A DNA stretch of 64,000 nt from an uncultured Candidatus Saccharibacteria bacterium (GTDB taxonomy: Bacteria > Patescibacteriota > Minisyncoccia > Phycocordibacterales > UBA2100): contig CAYRHX010000004.1 in the NCBI GenBank assembly GCA_964424265.1, positions 4,081 through 68,080 of the forward strand, read 5' to 3'. Positions 1 through 7,858 of the stretch are shown piece by piece (position 1 is the first letter of the stretch; each line of letters begins with the position of its first letter). Below the pieces are notes generated by a model. The model did not search any database. It saw only the letters and a list, made by a program, of their open reading frames with translations, and had not been told where the DNA came from. The position numbers and the translations under genes are program-made.

Positions 1-550
1 TGGTTGCGGTGGGCGCTTGTGTGATATCAGTCATCACCACTTCCTGACGGAAGGGATTGATGAATTTAGGGTACACCACAAATATTCTCGCATATCCGCT
101 GGCACGCGAGAATACTTTTTGTAATTCCTCTGCATGCGACGCGTCGTCATCGAACTCGATACACTCAATAATTTTTGACACCATACTCTCTCGCACGTAT
201 TGGGATCCCGTCAGGCCGATCATGAGAAAATCACTTTTCTTATTTGTTCCTGCGATAGTAACAAGCGCTCGTGCAACATCCCTGTTCAAAGTACCGTAAA
301 ATCGCTTGTTCGATGTAAGGCCGATGTAAATATCGCGTGCCTGTGCCGGCTGCTCTGACAAACGACTACCCTTCTCTTTATCTGCGAACGCATGCGCCTT
401 TACAATCCCATACACTTCGTTGATTCCCGAAAAGAAGCGGGCATTTTGTTCGAATCGCAAACGAAGTTCTTGCATTTTTCCGGAACTAATATTTTGCAGG
501 GTACCGGTAATAAGCGACGCGATTCGGTAATCCTCTACGAAATCCTGCAT
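1..550 (-). CDS. atpG: F0F1 ATP synthase gamma subunit, 5' portion (gene runs off window start)
   Basis: Minus-strand ATG at 548-550, 5 nt downstream of the atpA stop. Own translation MQDFVEDYRIASLITGTLQNISSGKMQELRLRF...IYIGLTSNKRFYGTLNRDVARAL fits the gamma N-terminal helix and the following segment. Operon position after atpA. Confidence 0.7.
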   Translation of the reverse strand, partial: MQDFVEDYRIASLITGTLQNISSGKMQELRLRFEQNARFFSGINEVYGIVKAHAFADKEKGSRLSEQPAQARDIYIGLTSNKRFYGTLNRDVARALVTIAGTNKKSDFLMIGLTGSQYVRESMVSKIIECIEFDDDASHAEELQKVFSRASGYARIFVVYPKFINPFRQEVVMTDITQAPTAT

Positions 551-555
551 TTCAG

Positions 556-2016
556 TTATGCGCGACATACGTCTTCAAATATCTCCTTTTTATCCTCAAG
601 GAGAGCCAAATATGTCTCGAGTGGCATGCCAGAGAGCGCACCGGCTCGCAAGTCCTGCAAATCAGACCTATTCTCGAGTGCGTTGAGTATTTTACGTCGT
701 TGCGCAACGAAGAAATCATTATCGCGTCCGTGCAAAAACGAAGTAAGTACGAGCGCAACGAACGGCACTTGGACGTCGACTGACACGGTCTCAGAAGGGT
801 CTTGCTGGAGAGCCTGTTCAAGGAGCTCACCAAAATGTAGGGCCGCACGTACTTCATCTTTGAGCTGCACACTGAAGTCGGCGTAATTTCGCTGCTGTCG
901 GTATCGACCCAGCAATTGTCGGACTCTCATCGAAAGTTGTTTTTGTGTCAGATTTTGGGTCTGACGTCCCATTCGCGTTACCGACCTCTCGATACTCACC
1001 GCTGGATATACACCTTCTCCCTGAAGCTCCGGCAAAAAAAGTAGGTGCCCATCGGTACACGACATGAGATTTGTAGGGATGATGCTCGAAAAGCTCTCTA
1101 TGTCGACGGCGACCACGGGAAACGTTGTAATGGAACCACCACCGGCACTCTCGACAAACGTCCCCGACCGCTCCATGAGATGCGCTTGCTGATAAAACAA
1201 ATCGCCTGGATACGATTCCCGACCTGGCAGGCGCTTCTCCAAGAGCGCAATCTCACGAAGATATTTCGCGTGTGCGTCGAGGTCGTCAAGTACCACGAGG
1301 ACGTCTTTTCCTTGCCGCTGAAAATATTCGGCAATCGTAAACGCGACTGAGGGGGCAATAGAAATACGCGGGGGCAACTCGCCCGAGAGAGCCGCAACTA
1401 TAATCGATCGAGTATGCCCTCCTGCCGAATCAAAAATTGCGCTGGAAACGCGGTTAAGCTCGCTTACCGATTTTCCGATAAGCACGTAGATGCTTATATG
1501 CCCCTCATCGCGCTGATGACGTACCACATTCGTGAGAAATGATGTCTTGCCCGCATGATCACCCCCGAAAATCAGCTGTCTCTGGCCTCTTGCAATCGGG
1601 AGCAGCGTGTCGACAAGCGTATATCCAGTATACAATTGGTACTTTGCCGATGTACGCATATCAATCCCTGGCGCATCAGTACCGAGCAGGAATGGCACAT
1701 TCCCGGGTGGAAATATCTTTGTCCTATCTACCGATTCCCCAAGGGCGTTTATCACGCAACCAAATAAATGCTCTCCAACAGAAAGCTGATACTTTTGCGC
1801 CAACATCGTATATCGTGCGCCCGTTCGTACGTCCACTGGGTCGAGCGCAAGTGCCACTAGATGGCTATCGGAAAGCGACTGAACTAGTGCGCGGTTCCCC
1901 TCTTCGTCCAGGATGACGTCGTTGATCCGCGCAGACGGAAGTCCTTCAACAAAGAAGACATAGCTTTTTGCTTGCGTAACAAATCCTATCTCGCGAATTG
2001 GCTCTTTTTCATTCAT
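556..2016 (-). CDS. atpA: F0F1 ATP synthase alpha subunit
   Basis: 486 aa. P-loop region GGDHAGKTS. Alpha-specific block IYVLIGKSVSELNRV...PGRESYPGDLFYQQAHLMERSG closely parallels canonical alpha ([21 protein letters not shown]). Confidence 0.9.
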   Translation of the reverse strand: MNEKEPIREIGFVTQAKSYVFFVEGLPSARINDVILDEEGNRALVQSLSDSHLVALALDPVDVRTGARYTMLAQKYQLSVGEHLFGCVINALGESVDRTKIFPPGNVPFLLGTDAPGIDMRTSAKYQLYTGYTLVDTLLPIARGQRQLIFGGDHAGKTSFLTNVVRHQRDEGHISIYVLIGKSVSELNRVSSAIFDSAGGHTRSIIVAALSGELPPRISIAPSVAFTIAEYFQRQGKDVLVVLDDLDAHAKYLREIALLEKRLPGRESYPGDLFYQQAHLMERSGTFVESAGGGSITTFPVVAVDIESFSSIIPTNLMSCTDGHLLFLPELQGEGVYPAVSIERSVTRMGRQTQNLTQKQLSMRVRQLLGRYRQQRNYADFSVQLKDEVRAALHFGELLEQALQQDPSETVSVDVQVPFVALVLTSFLHGRDNDFFVAQRRKILNALENRSDLQDLRAGALSGMPLETYLALLEDKKEIFEDVCRA

Positions 2017-2530
2017 ATGCGCGTACCAGTTTTAAGATTTCAGCTCTTTGTTTCTTCAAAAAATATGTCAACGAAACATCGTGATACACGTTATCGTATG
2101 CGAAGGCGCATCCACCAACCACCCGAGGATCAATGTGCAGATCTAATATCAAGGTTGGTTTGATGTTTGTGCGACACCAGGTACTAATACGCTCAATCTG
2201 TATCCGAGAAAGATGCGCGGGAACATACAAAATTAGTGTGGGACATGCGCGAATTGTCTGCTTGAACTCTGAGACGCGCTCGTAGAGATTGCTGGCAGTA
2301 TATGTATCAAGCACATCTGTGCCCCATGCGGCAACGGCGTTTGCATGCGTCAGTGTCTCGGGATCACCGTCCCGATAATATGTGCGCAGCAACTGCGCGC
2401 GATCACCTTCAAGAGAAGTCGCTTCGAAAAAGAAGTGCTCGAAAAATCTCTGCATAATATCGACACGTCGAAAGAAATCCCCTAAAGAGAAAGTGTTTTT
2501 GAGGACTGCCGCCGGTATTGTGTCAGCCAT
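2009..2530 (-). CDS. atpH: F0F1 ATP synthase delta (OSCP) subunit
   Basis: 173 aa, between atpF and atpA. 8-nt overlap with atpA start. Size and helical composition typical of delta/OSCP. Confidence 0.7.
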   Translation of the reverse strand: MADTIPAAVLKNTFSLGDFFRRVDIMQRFFEHFFFEATSLEGDRAQLLRTYYRDGDPETLTHANAVAAWGTDVLDTYTASNLYERVSEFKQTIRACPTLILYVPAHLSRIQIERISTWCRTNIKPTLILDLHIDPRVVGGCAFAYDNVYHDVSLTYFLKKQRAEILKLVRAYE

Positions 2531-2537
2531 ACAAGAT

Positions 2538-3320
2538 TTAAAGCATACCCGCAGAGCGTGCCTCTTTGAGTGCGTCTTCTACGAGCTCCGTGTGATCATC
2601 CGACGTCAACGCTTTGCGTAAGACCACCTTCGATGTCTCGGCAATCAGATCTACCATATGTTCGTCGACGAGCCGCTTTCTGCTATTTCGATATGCTTCT
2701 ATGTCGCTCTCTAGTATCTTAAGAAGCATCTCCACACGCTCATCGATGCGACGCTTAGATTCACTGGAAACACCTTCGAGAGTACGGCTGAAACCTTCCG
2801 CAGCGCCGTGATGAGCCTCTTCGATCGTCTTGCTTATCGTATTTGTTTGCGCCTCGATGCTTTTCGAGAGATTCTTCAGATCCTCTTGAATCTGTTCCAG
2901 ACTTGCTTTAATAGTCGCGCTTTGTCCCGATATGGCAGACGAGAATTGCCCGGCAACCTCCATTTGTCCGGTGCGAACTTTCTCAGATCCCTCTTCGATT
3001 GACAGACGAGCGTTCACTACAAGCGTGTCAAGTGCCTCCCGGTATGCATTGGTATGCGCGTCGATATCGACCCGCTGCTTGTCGAGAAGCGTCGATGCCG
3101 CCATCTCGGCGTCAGCAATCATCTTCCGCGCCATTTCTCGCGCCTGACTGATTATGTGATCGGCATCGGATTGAGATTTTGATTGCGCGTATTCGTAAAT
3201 CGGATACGTGAGACGTTGTACTCGCAAACCCGTAAGAACCTGCAGTACCAAGAGCACGACAAGTCCAATAACGAGACCGATGGTTATGAGCGCAAACATT
3301 TCTGAAGATACGGTGAGCAT
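2538..3320 (-). CDS. atpF: F0F1 ATP synthase subunit b (long form)
   Basis: 260 aa. Single N-terminal TM helix (FALITIGLVIGLVVLLVLQVL) followed by a long charged coiled-coil region. Operon position upstream of atpH. Confidence 0.7.
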   Translation of the reverse strand: MLTVSSEMFALITIGLVIGLVVLLVLQVLTGLRVQRLTYPIYEYAQSKSQSDADHIISQAREMARKMIADAEMAASTLLDKQRVDIDAHTNAYREALDTLVVNARLSIEEGSEKVRTGQMEVAGQFSSAISGQSATIKASLEQIQEDLKNLSKSIEAQTNTISKTIEEAHHGAAEGFSRTLEGVSSESKRRIDERVEMLLKILESDIEAYRNSRKRLVDEHMVDLIAETSKVVLRKALTSDDHTELVEDALKEARSAGML

Positions 3321-3373
3321 ATTTTAGATTCTTATTTTATTAAATGAATTAGTAACATGCGTCGCGATCTCAC

Positions 3374-4888
3374 TTATGCAAAGAGAATATACAAGGCTGC
3401 CAGCAATCCCAAGCTTGCGACCGCAACAGCCAGTATCGCATTAAAGAGCACTAGAGAGCGTATAGAACTTCTCGCACTCGGATTCCTTCCTATGGAAATC
3501 ACTCCATAGTTCGCGTCAGACATAAAACTCTTAAAGGCGAACGTGAGAGAGAGGATCGCTATAATTCCAGCAAGTAGATACCTGGAAATTCCAAAGACGA
3601 CCTCTGGATTGATTATACCCAACAAACGGCATGACAACGAAATACATTTAGGAGCGGATGCATTCACGTTCTCACCGACCGCAGCAATATTAACCAGGAT
3701 TGTTCCCGAGGGAATCTGTTTGCCATCGGGCCCTGCAAGTAATACGTTATTTTCTCCATTGAAATCTTCGGTAGCCACTGCAAATACGTTTTCGCCAGGA
3801 TTCGCGCGACGAGCCTTACCGGGGATTGAAGAAGACGTTAACGAATCGCCTTGGAAAACAGGCCCATTTTCCATAGTCACGTTCACCAACATTGAACCCG
3901 ATCGGGCTACGGGGACGTGCACCCCAGCCTCATCCGACGCAAATAAGATAGAAGGATCCTTGACGACCACGCCATATACACCAGGGTCGTTAGAGGTTTG
4001 TGTCTGCACAAATGAACTCGTTATCGGATCGAATGCAACAATATCACCGTAGGCAACGCGCGAACCACTGAATGGAACCTCTGTAGCGGTCAACCCAGGC
4101 AGTTGGATCAGAGCAGCTTGATTCGACGGACTTTCCGCCGCTAACACTCCTGCGGCAGCAGCCTGACTTGTTCGGATATTCTTTTGTGCGGCAACAGATG
4201 TATCTGACGTCGACGGGACGAAGTCCGAGTCGTGGCTCACCGCTGCCATATCTCCTCCGACATATGTGGCAAAAGATGTTGATGCGTATCGTTGTAAATA
4301 ATTCCACGAAAGCCGTACAGTATCCGTATAAGAAACTAAAAACCCTGAAAAAACCATGAAAACGACGACGACTGTCAACGATCGGCCCCAAAAATAAGCG
4401 CGTCGTACTCCCGCCGTAGTGCCTAAAAAACGCGCGCGATGCGTGCTCCTCCTGGATTCATTGACCGCGTAGGAGACTTGACCTTTATCCACGGCAGTTC
4501 GATCTGCGGCTGCGTCCACCATGAGCTCACGAACTTTTTCGAAACCTTCAGTCGGATTGTAGTAGCTAATACTCTGCGCAGGTAGAATCGAGCCCGGCAT
4601 AACAGAAGCTTCAGCAGCCTGATCAGCGGAAGGTACTTTTTTCAGGATGTACTCACGCCGCCTTATCTCCGCCAAGGATTTGTACCGTAGGCGCTCATAC
4701 TCGCGTTGTTGGGACAAGTAATTGCGAAGCTCCTCAGGCTCAACATACCAATTCTTGCCCACTCGACGACCGTGAACTTTATTTTCGCGACAAAGACGAG
4801 CGGCATAATCCTGTGTGATACCCTCTTTCAAAGAAGCTTCACTCGTTGTGATGTAGATCACCCCATCCAAAATTATGTCATCGCTCAT
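3374..4888 (-). CDS. Membrane protein with N-terminal HTH_17 (excisionase/MerR-like) domain, TM helix, extracytoplasmic domain and C-terminal two-helix hairpin
   Basis: 504 aa. N-term MSDDIILDGVIYITTSEASLKEGITQDYAARLCRENKVHGRRVGKNWYV is a paralog of the repeats in the 5377-6309 protein. TM at RSLTVVVVFMVFSGFLVSY. C-terminal hairpin ...GVISIGRNPSARSSIRSLVLFNAILAVAVASLGLLAALYILFA. Confidence 0.6.
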   Translation of the reverse strand: MSDDIILDGVIYITTSEASLKEGITQDYAARLCRENKVHGRRVGKNWYVEPEELRNYLSQQREYERLRYKSLAEIRRREYILKKVPSADQAAEASVMPGSILPAQSISYYNPTEGFEKVRELMVDAAADRTAVDKGQVSYAVNESRRSTHRARFLGTTAGVRRAYFWGRSLTVVVVFMVFSGFLVSYTDTVRLSWNYLQRYASTSFATYVGGDMAAVSHDSDFVPSTSDTSVAAQKNIRTSQAAAAGVLAAESPSNQAALIQLPGLTATEVPFSGSRVAYGDIVAFDPITSSFVQTQTSNDPGVYGVVVKDPSILFASDEAGVHVPVARSGSMLVNVTMENGPVFQGDSLTSSSIPGKARRANPGENVFAVATEDFNGENNVLLAGPDGKQIPSGTILVNIAAVGENVNASAPKCISLSCRLLGIINPEVVFGISRYLLAGIIAILSLTFAFKSFMSDANYGVISIGRNPSARSSIRSLVLFNAILAVAVASLGLLAALYILFA

Positions 4889-5376
4889 GTAAGTAAAGAT
4901 CCGATTTAACTATCATTTTACTAGATATTCCGGATATTTTCTGCAAAAGGAAAACAAGCAGTTGTGGATAAGAAGACACCTATCTCTGCACGATCTAATT
5001 AGCCCCTCAATGTGTTCCCCGCCTCATGAATGCGGCCTTAATTTAGCTCAAACATGGCCCGTACGTAATCAGTGAAGAGGTGTTCGATAAGAACATGTCA
5101 CTAATTCATCACGTACAGCACGCGCATAGCGTGTAATGTAGGACGAACAGCCTGGTTCATTCTTCCTTTATTGGCCTCCCTCCCCGCATCTTCGATCAAT
5201 TTTGTATTACTGAACACGCGGAGCATCCCGATAATACGGCCAGGTTTGACCCGAATTGTGTACTACGTATGTTGATCTCGATTATACGAGATACGCATCA
5301 TGGGCATATCTCGGCTGGTTTATTCCTGTCGTTCGTCTCCTTAACCACGCAACATCGGCATTAAGCGTTGCCCTAG

Positions 5377-6309
5377 CTATGGGCGTATATAGTGGAGCGT
5401 CGGCACAATTATGTCCTCCACGACATCGCCTACCGATGAAAGCACTGCACCAATGCTTTGTGCAAAATCCAGGCCGATAGAGCCATCTTGTGTACCGCTA
5501 CGCAATACTGCCCAAGTACCAATTAGTGAAACGGCCAGTACAGCGCCGAGTATGGTTACGAATTTAGATGTGATCCATCGAGGAAATGCTGGGCTACTGT
5601 GCGGGTGTCTGGGACTTTCCCACGCTGCATTCCTTAAATCGCCGCGTATAGCAACATTTCGCACTCGTATAGGAATTGGTTGATCTGCACTCTCTTCTAC
5701 ATTCTGTCTTTTTTGCGTACTCGAATCTTCCAGGGCCCGGACGGGTATTTCAGGGTGCAGCATTCCTTCCTCGTTTGTATAGGTAAAGTAGCTTGTGGGA
5801 CTTTCGTCTGCTTCAATCAACTGCTTGGCACTTGTCCCGCGATCTATGCCCACCGATGAAGCCTGCACGGCACCTAAGAGGCGATCTTTTTCTGCCTTGT
5901 GAGTCATGATTGATTCGCGCCCTACATACCAACGACTCCCTACCTGACGTGCGGATACGGCTCCAGATCGAGCAAGCTGCCCAACATAATCCTGATGATA
6001 GCCAGTCAGATTTGCCGCACGCGAGGCAGGCACGTAATCAACTCCATCGAACGAGACTAGAGACTCCGCTTCAGCAGGTTGAATTCGTTGATGAAGTTGT
6101 ACAGATTGCTGGCTTTTTGAGATCTCAGCCGCCTTTTCGTGTTCCTGAATTGAGGCTAGAGATACGTGCCAAAGGCCCCCGATTCGACGCGCGTCGATGT
6201 ATCCTCCTCGCGCAAGCTGACCAATGTAATCCTGAGCATAACCACTCAATTCCGAAGCTCGCTTGGACGAGATGTACGTCTTCCCATCTATATGTATCTC
6301 GTCTGACAT
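5377..6309 (-). CDS. Tandem HTH_17-domain protein with C-terminal TM anchor
   Basis: 310 aa. Two internal repeats: IHIDGKTYISSKRASELSGYAQDYIGQLARGGYIDARRIGGLWHVSLASI and VSFDGVDYVPASRAANLTGYHQDYVGQLARSGAVSARQVGSRWYVGRESI. TM FVTILGAVLAVSLIGTWAVL near C-terminus. Same MSD(D/E)I start as the adjacent 504-aa gene. Confidence 0.6.
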   Translation of the reverse strand: MSDEIHIDGKTYISSKRASELSGYAQDYIGQLARGGYIDARRIGGLWHVSLASIQEHEKAAEISKSQQSVQLHQRIQPAEAESLVSFDGVDYVPASRAANLTGYHQDYVGQLARSGAVSARQVGSRWYVGRESIMTHKAEKDRLLGAVQASSVGIDRGTSAKQLIEADESPTSYFTYTNEEGMLHPEIPVRALEDSSTQKRQNVEESADQPIPIRVRNVAIRGDLRNAAWESPRHPHSSPAFPRWITSKFVTILGAVLAVSLIGTWAVLRSGTQDGSIGLDFAQSIGAVLSSVGDVVEDIIVPTLHYIRP

Positions 6310-6375
6310 GAAGTAATTATATCCGTGCCTTCGGCAATGTACCAGCGACCATCTCGGGACTCAGGGGACAAGAAT

Positions 6376-7812
6376 CTACACCAAGTCGATCATTTGCAGT
6401 AAAAGCGCTTTGACCGATGAGGGGTCGGCAGTCCCCTTACTCGTCTTCATGGCTTTTCCTATAAGAAACTGGAGAGCCGGCGCCTTGCCCGATCTGTAAT
6501 CCGATACAACGGAGGCATTTTCTAAAAGGATGACCTCTATTAAGGTCTTTAGATCGTCTGGTGAACCCGATTGTAAGAGATTTTTATCATTGGCCAACAT
6601 CTCAGGGTCCTTCTTTGTTTTGAAACACTGGATGAGTAATTGCTTAGCAACGCTTGAAGACACTTTTCTGGTAGCAAGCATATCTATGATGGTATTGAAA
6701 TTGCGTGCCGAGATGGCTATCTCGGCATTACTTTCTGTATCTGGTTTCTCGGTATCTCGGATCAGCGCAACTAGATCGTTTGCTACGTAGTTACTTGCCA
6801 AAATAACCCAATCCCGATCCTCTACATGGTTAGCTATGACTGTTTCGAAAAAGTCACCGAGATCTTTGCTACGAACGAAACTCTCGGCGTCCTGGTATTT
6901 GATACCAATGTCCAAATAACGCCGCCTCCGCTCAAAGGGTAACTCTGGCATGTCCTTGGCCAAACTGCTCGGTAGGTACTCTTTGATTTCCGAGAGCCTG
7001 AGACTTGGCAAATCGGGATCTGGGAAGTAGCGATAATCGGCACTCCCCTCCTTTGCGCGTTGTGAAAATGTCGATTGCTTCCCCTCATCCCACCCACGAG
7101 TTTCTTGCACGACTACCTCGCCCCTTTCGAGGATCGACGCCTGACGCTTGATTTCGAATTCAATAGCGCGTTCCATCGCGCGAAAAGAATTTAGATTTTT
7201 TACCTCGACCTTCGTGCCACGCACGTTATTTTTACTTATTGAGATATTTGCTTCTACACGCATCTCTCCTTTCTCCATATTTGCATCACTTGCGCATAGA
7301 TATTTCAAAAGCAACTGAAGCTCACGGGCAAAATCTCCCGCTTGTTTTGAGCTCGTGATAATAGGCTCTGTCACTAATTCCATGAGAGGGACCCCGGAGC
7401 GATTGTAATCGATAACCGTCCCGACCCCCTCTTCATGTGATGAGCTTGCGGTATCCTCTTCAAGGTGCACACGCGTCACCGCCACTCCGTGCAATTCTCC
7501 ACCTGAAACGAGTGGGTACTCATATTGACTCAACTGATACCCTTTCGGCTGGTCGGGGTAAAAGTAATTTTTTCGATCAAATTCTGTGTAGTCTGCAAGC
7601 GTACCCCGCAAAGCGAGACCGACACGCAAGACATGCCTTACAGCCTCCCTATTGATAACGGGGAGTGTTCCTGGGTGCGCAAGACAAACCGGACAAACAT
7701 TGGTATTTGCTTCCGCGCTATATGCATCATTTCTTGAGTGGCAAAACATCTTTGTAGTCGTTCTTAACTCAGCATGAATCTCAAGGCCAATGGTTGGCAC
7801 GTACTCACTCAT
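6376..7812 (-). CDS. gatB: Asp-tRNA(Asn)/Glu-tRNA(Gln) amidotransferase subunit B
   Basis: 478 aa. N-term MSEYVPTIGLEIHAEL...KMFC...NTNVCPVCLAHPGTLPV is the GatB signature. Confidence 0.85.
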   Translation of the reverse strand: MSEYVPTIGLEIHAELRTTTKMFCHSRNDAYSAEANTNVCPVCLAHPGTLPVINREAVRHVLRVGLALRGTLADYTEFDRKNYFYPDQPKGYQLSQYEYPLVSGGELHGVAVTRVHLEEDTASSSHEEGVGTVIDYNRSGVPLMELVTEPIITSSKQAGDFARELQLLLKYLCASDANMEKGEMRVEANISISKNNVRGTKVEVKNLNSFRAMERAIEFEIKRQASILERGEVVVQETRGWDEGKQSTFSQRAKEGSADYRYFPDPDLPSLRLSEIKEYLPSSLAKDMPELPFERRRRYLDIGIKYQDAESFVRSKDLGDFFETVIANHVEDRDWVILASNYVANDLVALIRDTEKPDTESNAEIAISARNFNTIIDMLATRKVSSSVAKQLLIQCFKTKKDPEMLANDKNLLQSGSPDDLKTLIEVILLENASVVSDYRSGKAPALQFLIGKAMKTSKGTADPSSVKALLLQMIDLV

Positions 7813-7858
7813 ATACTAACTAATGTAGCATCTACACATCACTTCCCCCAAATACAAC

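Noticed and set aside
392-886. Plus-strand ORFs (392-886, 57-299, 1045-1350, 1539-1916 etc.) overlapping atpG/atpA
   Set aside because: They lie antisense to strongly conserved ATP synthase genes and have low-complexity, Arg/Ser-rich translations typical of spurious antisense ORFs in GC-rich coding DNA.
3374-3630. Calling the C-terminal hairpin of the 504-aa ORF a separate atpE (c-subunit) gene
   Set aside because: No in-frame ATG gives a two-helix product. A TTG start is possible, but helix 2 lacks the essential Asp/Glu and the loop is longer than in c subunits. It is kept only as a low-confidence observation inside a finding.
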